Source of the DNA: an uncultured Candidatus Saccharibacteria bacterium
GTDB lineage: Bacteria > Patescibacteriota > Saccharimonadia > Saccharimonadales > Saccharimonadaceae
NCBI GenBank assembly: GCA_938042065.1
Contig: CALISG010000022.1
Coordinates: 2,049 to 66,048 of the forward strand
Length of the DNA stretch: 64,000 nt
Reading direction: 5' to 3'
The notes beneath the pieces are model-generated. The model was not told the DNA's origin, searched no databases, and was given only the letters and a program-made list of their open reading frames with translations. Each line of letters opens with the position of its first letter. Positions within the stretch are counted from its first letter, which is position 1. Below are positions 7,752 through 16,718 of the stretch, piece by piece. The translations under genes were made by a program, and so were the position numbers.

Positions 7752-9444
7752 AGAAACGTTCTGTCAGAGCCATTTCATCATTGCTGACTTTATATCTTGC
7801 GTCTCGCATATCGAGCAGATTTAAGTATAGTTGGTTCTCATCAAGGATGTCGACAAGCATATTACGACGCTGTTCCCAAGTTTTAGAGCGGAAGTTTTCA
7901 TCTTTCTCAAATTCTTTCTTGTCGAAAAAGAATTTCAAGAAAGCATTCTTCTGCATGTCCGAATAGACTTCTTTCACGTCACTGATTGAAGTTACTTCCA
8001 TCAATCTGTCTAGGAAGGATTGGTTGTATTTTTTGAGTTCAAAATAGCAGAAGGAACTTCCATCTATTACCTTTGTCAATCGTTTCATCATTACATCGAT
8101 ATGTTCTTCTAGTTGTTCACAAACTATAAACTTTCTACTATAACCCTGTTCTTTGTTAGCCTCGATAACGGCGTGTGCTGTGGTTCCAGAGCCAGCAAAA
8201 AAGTCAAGCACAATATCATTATCACCACTCATAATTTTTATGATATCTTCGACTGCATAAAGCGATTTAGGATAACTAAAATCATTTTTTCCGATGATGC
8301 CTTTTAGAAGATTTGTTCCATTAAATTCAGATTGATATTTCTTGGCAATCCAAACATTTTTCAAGACCTGCTGTTCGTAATACTTGTGATATAAAATCAC
8401 TTTCCCATCAACAATTTCTGCTTTGAAAGATTTACTATCATTTAACTCATCAAATGTCGTTTTTATATTTTTCCAAGAAAAATCACCTGTATTAGTCGTC
8501 GGATATAGTTCGTAGGCGTCATCTATTTTAGTAGAAGTAATTGTCTTTAAATCCTTACTGACATAGATAGGATACCAGTTTTCTGGACGAGCCTGTTTAG
8601 ACCATACTGCCCTTGCTCGAATATATGGTTCCCACCTATAAGCACCTTTTTCATCTCTTTCAGTGAATGTCGCCTTAACCTCATCATCAATAGCAACCTG
8701 TTGAAAATTTGCTTTCTCTTTATTCTTTGCATAAACTAACAAGAACTCACTATTCTCTGAGAAGAATTTTGCTTGGTTACGACCTTTTGGATTGTGCTGA
8801 ACGGTGATAATAGATAGCCTATTATCTCTACCAAAAATTTCGTCCGCAATAACTCCAAGATAGAAAAGTTCACAATGGTCAATTGCAATAGTTATAAAGC
8901 CATCTTCACGAAGCAGTTCTCGTGCAACTTCAAGCCTATTTTTCATAAATACCAACCAAGAAGAATGGTTAAAGGTATTATTGTAAGAAAAGATGTTTTC
9001 ATCGCCTCCAGTATTGTAAGGAGGGTCAATATAAATTAGTTTTACTTGTTTGGATAAACGTTCTCTCAACGAGAAAAGAGTAAGTAGATTGTTGCCTTTT
9101 ATTACTAAATTTTGCTTTAGTTTCCCATTATCATCAAACAATTCAATGTCACTATTAGCGGTGAGAGCGACCTCGCCATTTTTATCAACATATTTAAAAT
9201 TCGTAAGGACTTTTGGTTCTTCAAGAGTGTCAATATCCCTCTTGTCGACTTCCAGATGCAAAAAGCGCTCATCCCTCCCAACATCCTCTTTATTCATACC
9301 AGCCTCAAGGACAGTATCCTTAAATGGGAAGTTTAGAACTATATCAGGTGCATTTGCTAAATAATTGCCAGTTTGATTAGAGAATAGACCAATACGATTA
9401 CTATATATCGTAAAGCGTCCTTTTTTTAGAGAGTTGTCGCTCAT
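7723..9444 (-). CDS. mod: Type III DNA methyltransferase Mod subunit
   Basis: IKGNNL, YIDPPYNTG, DFFAGSGTT; overlaps res. Confidence 0.92.
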   Translation of the reverse strand: MSDNSLKKGRFTIYSNRIGLFSNQTGNYLANAPDIVLNFPFKDTVLEAGMNKEDVGRDERFLHLEVDKRDIDTLEEPKVLTNFKYVDKNGEVALTANSDIELFDDNGKLKQNLVIKGNNLLTLFSLRERLSKQVKLIYIDPPYNTGGDENIFSYNNTFNHSSWLVFMKNRLEVARELLREDGFITIAIDHCELFYLGVIADEIFGRDNRLSIITVQHNPKGRNQAKFFSENSEFLLVYAKNKEKANFQQVAIDDEVKATFTERDEKGAYRWEPYIRARAVWSKQARPENWYPIYVSKDLKTITSTKIDDAYELYPTTNTGDFSWKNIKTTFDELNDSKSFKAEIVDGKVILYHKYYEQQVLKNVWIAKKYQSEFNGTNLLKGIIGKNDFSYPKSLYAVEDIIKIMSGDNDIVLDFFAGSGTTAHAVIEANKEQGYSRKFIVCEQLEEHIDVMMKRLTKVIDGSSFCYFELKKYNQSFLDRLMEVTSISDVKEVYSDMQKNAFLKFFFDKKEFEKDENFRSKTWEQRRNMLVDILDENQLYLNLLDMRDARYKVSNDEMALTERFYGVQEDAEN

Positions 9445-9563
9445 AGTTTATCCTTTATGTAAATTAACAAGTCCTTTTCAATTATTATACTAGAAAAATC
9501 GATTTTTTATCTTTACAAAAGTAGGTCTTGCATAAAAATCTTACAATATGGTATAATTTATGT

Positions 9564-10382
9564 ATGACAGAGAAAAAACTACAAGAAGATGAATTTGTGT
9601 ATCTCACTGACGGTAACTGGACTACTTTAGCAAGTGCGTCAGACGGTTACTACGAACAGTTGTCTGCATCTTGGCAACAACCAAGAGCAAGGATTAAGAA
9701 CGTTGATATGACATACAGGTCATTGAATTACCTATCAAGTATCGGTTTGTTTCCCGATAACCGAGAGGAAGACGGCAAAGGTTGGCGAGAGTTATCATAT
9801 ACTGAATGTATTTACCTGACCTTAGTCTCTGAGTTGAGGCGGTTCAATGTCAAAGCAGAGACAATTCAGCGTGTTTTTAATGCTTTCAGTAAAAAAGTAA
9901 AAACAAAAGAAGCAATGGTTTACTCTAGCGTTTGGCTAGATGTTTTTATGCTGACGCACTGCCTTCATTCCGAAGTATATTTGACTATTAATCCGAATGG
10001 CGAAGTTCGTTTCCTAGATACGGGAAGCGCATTCTTTTATTTGGAGTATGAAAATAAAAGTGGCGTAATTTTCATTCCATTATCTACGGTCATTAATAAG
10101 TTTCGCCTAAGGAATAACCTTAAGCAGATTGAAATAAAATATAACATTTTTAGTGATGGTCTTAAAAATTCTGAGCGCAGTATGGTAATGGGCTCACGCC
10201 AATTAGAGGATGGCGAAAAAATGGAAGTCATCAAGAAAAGACAGGGTGCCCTGATTACTACTAGCAAAAAAGTTGACGAAGAATTATTCAGCAAGATATC
10301 CTCACTGGTCGATGAGGATTTTGGTAGTATAAAAGCCTCGAAAGAAGGCGGAAAGGTTGTAAGCGCACAAAAAAAGAAGTAA
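9564..10382 (+). CDS. MerR-like HTH protein
   Basis: TYRSLNYLSSIGL...GWRELS..ELRRF MerR-type N-terminus; TATAAT 6 nt before ATG. Confidence 0.55.
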   Translation: MTEKKLQEDEFVYLTDGNWTTLASASDGYYEQLSASWQQPRARIKNVDMTYRSLNYLSSIGLFPDNREEDGKGWRELSYTECIYLTLVSELRRFNVKAETIQRVFNAFSKKVKTKEAMVYSSVWLDVFMLTHCLHSEVYLTINPNGEVRFLDTGSAFFYLEYENKSGVIFIPLSTVINKFRLRNNLKQIEIKYNIFSDGLKNSERSMVMGSRQLEDGEKMEVIKKRQGALITTSKKVDEELFSKISSLVDEDFGSIKASKEGGKVVSAQKKK

Positions 10383-10516
10383 AAAATCTTGTTATTGATG
10401 ATTAGTAAGCAAGAAGTCTCGACTATATGAAAAACATAGGTTGACGACATCTTCCTACAAATCTAAGCATTGTTTCTATCAAAGAACTTGAGGAAACTTC
10501 ATAAAGGAAATCCACC

Positions 10517-10666
10517 ATGGAAGTTTCTCAAGTTGAGAATATCAAGAAAATAGCCTCAAAAATCAGTCATCCAGATAAAAAGAAAAGAACTGAGACGGCA
10601 ATAGAAATTAATGAATTTGCAAAGATTATACTTGCGCAATACGACTTTGAAAGGAGCAAAAAATGA
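10517..10666 (+). CDS. Small protein (49 aa) translationally coupled to the recombinase
   Basis: SD AAAGGA, MEVSQVENIKKIASK...FERSKK*, ATGA overlap with the recombinase start; below the ORF-track length cutoff. Confidence 0.55.
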   Translation: MEVSQVENIKKIASKISHPDKKKRTETAIEINEFAKIILAQYDFERSKK

Positions 10667-12271
10667 TAAACGCAAATAGCATACACTAGAGTTTCATCAC
10701 GAGAACAAGTAGATGAAGGAAATAGCCTAGCGGTGCAGAAGCACGTTATTTCTGAATTTACTCAAAAGAATGGTGTCAAAATTAATAAATGGTTCGTATA
10801 AGAAGGCGAAAGTGCAAAAACGGCAAACCGAACCAAGTTGAAGGAGATGCTTACTTATGCTGTTAAGCATAAAGGAGAAAACACATCGCTTCTAATTTAT
10901 AAAAGTCGACCGCCTATCCCGTAATGTTGGTGACTATATGACCTTGAAAGACGCTCTCGGAAAATGTGGCATTCAGGTTTATTCAGCTACTGAGCGTTTT
11001 GAAGATACTTCTCTCGATAGAGCGATGGAAAGTATCGCATCTACATTTGCTCAGTTAGATAACGAAACAAGAGCAGAGCGTTGTAAGGGCGGTATGGTAG
11101 AAGGCGTTCGTGAGTGTCGTTGGATGTGGAATGCTCCTATCGGATATGCTAATGGCAGATGGGCAGACTGTCGATCCGCGTTCAGTGAGATGTGGAATGC
11201 TCCTATCGGATATGCTAATGGCAGGGATATAACTGGCAAGCGCAATATAGTTCTCGATGACCGAGAAGATTTTGTAAATATCTTACGATCGTCTTGGCAT
11301 TTAATTGTATCTGGTAGCAACGAAACCGAAGCGTCAAAGATAGTTAAATACGCAGTTGAAGATAGCGGGCTATAAAGAGATCTCCCGAAATACTTTTTCC
11401 AGAATACTGAGGAAGAAAATTTATATTGGAATTGTCGAAGGACTTGGGCTTGCAATTCAAAGCAAGACAATTACTCTATTAGTAGAAGAGGATGTGTTTT
11501 ATAAGGCAAACAGCATTCTTAGCGGGAATGCGAATGTAGGCAACAAGTATGTAAAACATAACGAAAATATCCGCTTCGTGGAGTGCTATATTGCAAGAAC
11601 GGTCACAAAATGACTGCTTCTGCTCCGAAAGGTAGGAATAAAACGTATCCTAAATATCATTGTCCTAAATGTAAAGGACAACATATGAACTATGACTTTG
11701 CATATGTGAATGAGGAATTCCTGAACTATATAAAGGATTTCAAAATGAGCAGAGACATCAAAGAAGCGCTCAAGACGGCTATAAAACTTAATCTCGAAGA
11801 CAGGATTAAGAATAATTCAGGAGTGAAGGAAAAACTTACGCAACGCCTCACTCAGATAGACGCTGAGAGAAAAGAAGTTGTGCGCAAGAATATCAAGGGT
11901 GCTTTAACGGATAAAATTACTCAGGATACAATAGGCGACTATGATGCTGAGGAAACCGAAATTAGGCTAAAATTGAACGAAATGAGCGACGATACTGAAG
12001 ACGTAGAATTTGGCGTCAACAAACTGTCAAACTTAGTCGAAACATTTCAGGAAATTGAAGACCCTGAAATCCGTTTTCGGTTCCAAAAATGGTTTTTCCC
12101 GCAGGCTTGACGTTTGACGGTGAAAAATTTAGAACCACTAAAATACCTGCTATTTTACAGATAAAAAGAACTGCCCTTGCAGGCAATTCTTGTCAAAATT
12201 TCACTACTGGTGACTCTACCGGGAATCGAACCCGGGTTGCCGGGATGAGAACCCGGTGTCCTAACCGCTAG
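10663..12271 (+). pseudogene. Large serine recombinase (resolvase + recombinase + Zn ribbon + coiled coil), disrupted
   Basis: IAYTRVSSREQ, EGESAK, VDRLSRN, APIGY, CKNGHKMT..YHCPKC spread over several frames; TAA near 10799 and about five frameshifts. Confidence 0.88.
11123..11224 (+). repeat. Exact 36-bp direct repeat flanking a 30-bp insert
   Basis: GATGTGGAATGCTCCTATCGGATATGCTAATGGCAG at 11123-11158 and 11189-11224; insert at 11159-11188. Confidence 0.95.
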
Positions 12272-12282
12272 ACGATAGAGCC
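12208..12282 (-). tRNA. tRNA-Glu(CTC)
   Basis: Cloverleaf GGCTCTA...TAGAGTC-A-CCA; anticodon loop TT-CTC-AT. Confidence 0.96.
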
Positions 12283-12320
12283 AAACTGTTGAATATTATA
12301 GCAGCAGAGCTGGGCGTTGT

Positions 12321-12698
12321 CTAGCTGCCGAGCTGCTGAATGATTTCGATTAGGCGGCGCGGCGTGATTTCAGCCTTAATCAGGTAGGCGTCGGCGTCGT
12401 TCTCTAGGGCGGCGCGGCTTTTCTCGTCTTGATCGAAATTTGTCATGACGACGATACGCGACTTCTCGGCGCTGTTTTCTTCGAATTTGCGGATGGCGGT
12501 CATGATTTCGGTGCCGCGCATCTCTGGTAGCATGATATCGAGCAAGATTAAATCGTAATGCTGATTAGTAGCCATAACCAAACCATCGTGGCCGTCCACC
12601 GCCCACTCGACGTTATAGCCAGCCATTTTGAGGCTGCGAACATACATCTCGCCGATGAAACGGTCGTCTTCGATGACTAAGATTGTGGAAATTGCCAT
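12321..12698 (-). CDS. Single-domain response regulator (receiver)
   Basis: IEDD, LLDIMLP, YLIK motifs. Confidence 0.92.
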   Translation of the reverse strand: MAISTILVIEDDRFIGEMYVRSLKMAGYNVEWAVDGHDGLVMATNQHYDLILLDIMLPEMRGTEIMTAIRKFEENSAEKSRIVVMTNFDQDEKSRAALENDADAYLIKAEITPRRLIEIIQQLGS

Positions 12699-12711
12699 AG
12701 TACTCTCCTGA

Positions 12712-14247
12712 TTACCCCGTGTATTTAGTGTGATTTTTAATCCAGCTGTTGCCTACCGAGATGATTTCGGTGTTGGAATTGTCGGCGTTGTGCAGTTTGT
12801 CAGAAACAGCGGCATAGATTGGTAGCGTGAAGGTGAAAGTTGCCCCCTGTCCTTCGGTGCTTGATACGCCGATAGTGCCGCCGTGACTTTCGATGATAGC
12901 TTTGCTGAGATACAAGCCGATGCCAGTGCCAGCGACTGTCTCGCGGCTGCGGTGGCTGCGGTAGAATTTGTGGAAGAGATTGTTGATGACGCTGGCTGGA
13001 ATGCCGATGCCATTGTCGGCGACCGAAACTTCAACATGCTTGTCTTTGGCTCGAGCAGTGACACGGACGGCACCGCTTTCGTCGGAGTATTTGATGGCAT
13101 TATCGATGAGATTAGACAACACTTCGGAAATACTAGAGCGGTCGGCGGCAACGGTCGGTAAATCGCTCGGAATGTCAACGAATAGTGAACGATGCTGCGA
13201 GCGGGCGCGCAGCTCCATATCGTCGCGGATAGTCTCGTAGATTGTCGCCAACGAATCTTCGTGCAGTTGGAGTTTGAGGTGGCGGCGGTCGTAACGACTG
13301 GTGTTGAGGATATTGTTGATGTAGCCAGATAAACGATTGCCGCTAACGATTAATCTTTGGAAAAGCTCTTTTTGATCGGGCTCGAGTTTACTATCGAGTT
13401 CGAGCGCCAGTACGTCTAAGTAGCCGCGGATAACGGTGATTGGACCGCGCAGCTCGTGGGCGGCGAACGAGATGAAGTCAAGGTCGTCGTCCTCTGGCTG
13501 GTAGATTTCGGTCTCGTCGTAAGCGGTAATGATAGCATCCGCGGTATTACCTTGTTCGAAATCAACAGTGATATTGAAAATACGGCGGTCTTCTTGCCCG
13601 ATGACCTTGTTGGGAACTCGCAGCCAAATTTTGCGGGCGCGAACATTGTCGGTACGGTGTTGGTTGAGCCATTCAATCAGGTCGGTGCCGTCGTCAAATA
13701 GCAAGTCAAAATGATAAGCGCCTTTGGCGTCGAGCGAGATTGGCGCGGCGCGGTTAGCGAAAATTACGCCATTGTTCTTGTCGAGGATAATTATGCCAGT
13801 GCTTGTCAGATTGAGGGCGCTGGCTAGTTCGTCAGTTGCGCTAGTTTTGTCTGGGCTGGTTTCGGTATGTTCTTTGTAGATAGACAGCAGCATATCGCTA
13901 AAGCCGGTAGCTTTGTATTCTTTATTGCTAGGGTTTGGCAACTTTTGGTCGATTTTTTGTCCAGCGGCATTAACTAGCGCGGTCGAGAGGTCGCGCAGCG
14001 GAATCATGGCAAAAGACAAAACTGCGAAATTTGTTGCAGTAGAAATGATTAGTAGCGAAATGACAATTGTTGCAATAAGAAAGACGTCTAGGCGAACCTG
14101 CAAAATGATCATTATTGCAATAACCGATAAAGCGACCAATAATTGAACGAGAACAGATATTATTGCAACCTTGTTGCGATGAATACGCCAAAAATCACGC
14201 ATTTCTGGTGTACGTTTGACTACTGGCTTGGCGTCGCTTACTGCCAC
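12712..14247 (-). CDS. Membrane sensor histidine kinase
   Basis: 2 TM, AAHELRGP H-box, NLIDNAIKY, DNGIG, GTGIGL. Confidence 0.93.
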   Translation of the reverse strand: MAVSDAKPVVKRTPEMRDFWRIHRNKVAIISVLVQLLVALSVIAIMIILQVRLDVFLIATIVISLLIISTATNFAVLSFAMIPLRDLSTALVNAAGQKIDQKLPNPSNKEYKATGFSDMLLSIYKEHTETSPDKTSATDELASALNLTSTGIIILDKNNGVIFANRAAPISLDAKGAYHFDLLFDDGTDLIEWLNQHRTDNVRARKIWLRVPNKVIGQEDRRIFNITVDFEQGNTADAIITAYDETEIYQPEDDDLDFISFAAHELRGPITVIRGYLDVLALELDSKLEPDQKELFQRLIVSGNRLSGYINNILNTSRYDRRHLKLQLHEDSLATIYETIRDDMELRARSQHRSLFVDIPSDLPTVAADRSSISEVLSNLIDNAIKYSDESGAVRVTARAKDKHVEVSVADNGIGIPASVINNLFHKFYRSHRSRETVAGTGIGLYLSKAIIESHGGTIGVSSTEGQGATFTFTLPIYAAVSDKLHNADNSNTEIISVGNSWIKNHTKYTG

Positions 14248-15383
14248 GAAACACCTCCTCCGCCGCTGTTTGGTACGGCAGCGATCCAGGTTTGTCCGCG
14301 ATTTAGCGCGACTGGTTTGCCAGCGGCGTCAATGAGCTCGAGCGGGCTAAAACGGTCATTCTTGCGCCAAGTGCATTCAGCGACCGTACCGTTCTGAAAC
14401 ACTGTTGCAGTACCAGTGCCAGTAGTAACGATGCTTTGCCGCCAGCCATCTTCCATGACAGTAGTCTCGTTGACATGCAGCGCGATGACGACGCTCGGCG
14501 CTAGCCTACCCTCTTCGCGGTCGTTGCTGGCCTGTCCGCCGATACTGCGTAGATAGGTGTTGCTAGCCTTGTCATAATCATAGTGCGTATTATACCAACT
14601 GCTAGAGAAATTGATGTCGATATTGACGGCGTTTGGTTTGTTGCTGGTCTTGCCGTCAGTGCGGGTGAAACTGGTGAATTGCGATGATTTATAGCCTTTG
14701 CCAGCGTTGAGCGCGTCTAACTTCTCGAAGCTGGTATAGACATTATGCGGCGGCCGCCGATCATTAGCGCGCCAGTACGAACCACCGTTGAAAAACTGAT
14801 CGATGTCGCGGTAGTTACCGCCACGAATCTCTTGCAGTGAAGCGTGGCTGCCACCGACATGGGCGACGCTAGCCTGATATGGCGCTAGCCAATCGACGTA
14901 GTACATACGCAGGCTGCGGACTGGGCCGATGAGCTGTGGCTTGTGCTGCTGAAATAGCGTCAGAAAGCGTGTGATGCCTCCTTCGGCGATGGCTTCGTAG
15001 ACGACTTCGGCCTGCTTGAGCCCGGAATGCGGCCGGGCATCAGGCGAATTTTCAATCATGATAGCAGTGACTGGCTTGGATAAATCAGCTTTAGAGGCAA
15101 CTTCAATGCCATTGAGATGGGAATAGTATTTTTCTACTGGTTTTTTCTGAACTGGTGTAATGTAGTTGTTGCTAGCTACTGGCGCGCGATATGTCAACAC
15201 GAAAGCTACTGCCCCGCCGATAGCGATTAGAACTGCGCCGCAAATGCACATTGTTGCAATACGATGACGATTAATAAAATCGCGCAGTCGTTGCAGGCGC
15301 GACTGCTTTTTGTTAGTCGCGTAGTGCTGTGCTACGAGCGGGCTTGGTTGTCTGTTTCGTATGTGTATTTTTTGCTTTCGCAT
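14238..15383 (-). CDS. DUF3048 (YerB-like) membrane-anchored protein
   Basis: IENSPDARP.SGL, EGGITRF, GPVRSLR, PHN motifs. Confidence 0.85.
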   Translation of the reverse strand: MRKQKIHIRNRQPSPLVAQHYATNKKQSRLQRLRDFINRHRIATMCICGAVLIAIGGAVAFVLTYRAPVASNNYITPVQKKPVEKYYSHLNGIEVASKADLSKPVTAIMIENSPDARPHSGLKQAEVVYEAIAEGGITRFLTLFQQHKPQLIGPVRSLRMYYVDWLAPYQASVAHVGGSHASLQEIRGGNYRDIDQFFNGGSYWRANDRRPPHNVYTSFEKLDALNAGKGYKSSQFTSFTRTDGKTSNKPNAVNIDINFSSSWYNTHYDYDKASNTYLRSIGGQASNDREEGRLAPSVVIALHVNETTVMEDGWRQSIVTTGTGTATVFQNGTVAECTWRKNDRFSPLELIDAAGKPVALNRGQTWIAAVPNSGGGGVSWQ

Positions 15384-15536
15384 CTTGGTAAAATTATAGC
15401 ATAATTGGCATGAATTGGTTATGGTTTGAGACATACCAATTTTATAGTATGATTGATAAATAATTGAGGAGGGATTTATGACAACGACCGGAAGACCAGT
15501 GTCTAAAAAGCATCCAAAGAGGCGCCGGAGTGTACT

Positions 15537-16691
15537 ATGTCAATAAGAGATGGAGTTCCTGCTGAAAAAGTTGATAATTTCTACCATGTACGAAATGAAC
15601 TTAGCAAGCTAGCAACGACACAAGAGGGGCTGAATAATGCTGACCTTACGGGGGAACTAGGAAGTCTTGCGAACAGAGCGTATAAACTAACGCGTGAGCA
15701 AGAAGCGGCTAATGCCAAAATAGAACGCCAGAAATCTGGAGAAATATATGACGAATTTGGCAATGCGGTCGTTGCTTTTTTGAAAGCTTATAAAGGCAGC
15801 CCTGTAATTTGGCAGGTAATCGATAGTTATATGGAACGTAACCCAGAAATTTTTGATCGGCGTTATAGAGCAGGATTCAACAGGTGGGTTGAACAGGCAG
15901 AGAATGATCCAAACATTGTTTATTATTGCGATCCTGACACGCAAGTTGAATCGTGGGCATGGTTGCCAGCTAGCGAAAACGACACGACTAGCGATGGAGT
16001 AGCAGGGTCTGCTATATCAGAAACGCCATCGGTCGATCCAGTTGGGGCCGCCGAAGAGGTGAAGCTAGAATCGCCCAAAAAGTCGGAAAAGTCTGTTTCA
16101 TTACCGCGCAGACCAGTGGCTAACGGCAGCCCATCGCACGGTGACGTTTCAAACCGCATTACCGTGTCTACGGATGTGCCAACTTCGGCTGTTCAGCGCG
16201 AACAACCTCCTCACTTAGAAAAAGAAGCGGCATTGCTAGAAAATTTACGATCTGTCGAACGGCCTCATGAAGTGGTAACAACAAAGTTAACAAAGTGGGG
16301 TTTGCAAATCACTGAATACCCGGATGGTACGGCTAAGTTTTCAATCGAGTCAGATGAGTCAGGTTCGGATAACTGTAGCGAGCAAGCTTTATATCCGTTG
16401 GTGGTTGGGATTTTGGGGCAAAGTAAAGATCCGATGACAATTGAAAGTTTATGCAAAGCATTTGCTGAGAAAATGGAACTAGAATACGATTCGCTCCCCG
16501 TCGGAAACGACAAGAGGCAAGCTATTTGGTGGTCAGTTAATAAAGCTATTAGAAGCCTAAAGCTTATGCTTGAGCGGTACTGTCTGTACAATGTTTTTCA
16601 GGAGGACGTAACTCAAGATACTAGTGACCATAAGATAAATAGAAGAACATTGACACCTACCTATCAACTTCATGAGTTGTGTAAAGAATAA
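15537..16691 (+). CDS. Hypothetical protein
   Basis: 384-aa ORF with a central low-complexity linker; true start uncertain. Confidence 0.6.
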   Translation: MSIRDGVPAEKVDNFYHVRNELSKLATTQEGLNNADLTGELGSLANRAYKLTREQEAANAKIERQKSGEIYDEFGNAVVAFLKAYKGSPVIWQVIDSYMERNPEIFDRRYRAGFNRWVEQAENDPNIVYYCDPDTQVESWAWLPASENDTTSDGVAGSAISETPSVDPVGAAEEVKLESPKKSEKSVSLPRRPVANGSPSHGDVSNRITVSTDVPTSAVQREQPPHLEKEAALLENLRSVERPHEVVTTKLTKWGLQITEYPDGTAKFSIESDESGSDNCSEQALYPLVVGILGQSKDPMTIESLCKAFAEKMELEYDSLPVGNDKRQAIWWSVNKAIRSLKLMLERYCLYNVFQEDVTQDTSDHKINRRTLTPTYQLHELCKE

Positions 16692-16718
16692 AATTTTGTT
16701 GTTGCCTACCTGTAACTA

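Larger units (their letters stand above)
4083..12213. mobile_element. 8.1-kb integrative element at the tRNA-Glu 3' end carrying a type III R-M system
   Basis: TGGTGA direct repeat at 4083-4088 and 12208-12213 (tRNA TCACCA end); serine recombinase abutting the tRNA; AT-rich content; orphan terminator outside the left end. Confidence 0.72.

Noticed and set aside
7723..9444. Phase-variable mod (phasevarion)
   Set aside because: No long simple-sequence repeat; only a 7-A run near the start.
11123..11224. A functional CRISPR array
   Set aside because: Only two repeats, the repeat is recombinase coding sequence, and no cas genes or leader are present; kept only as a possible ectopic integration footprint.
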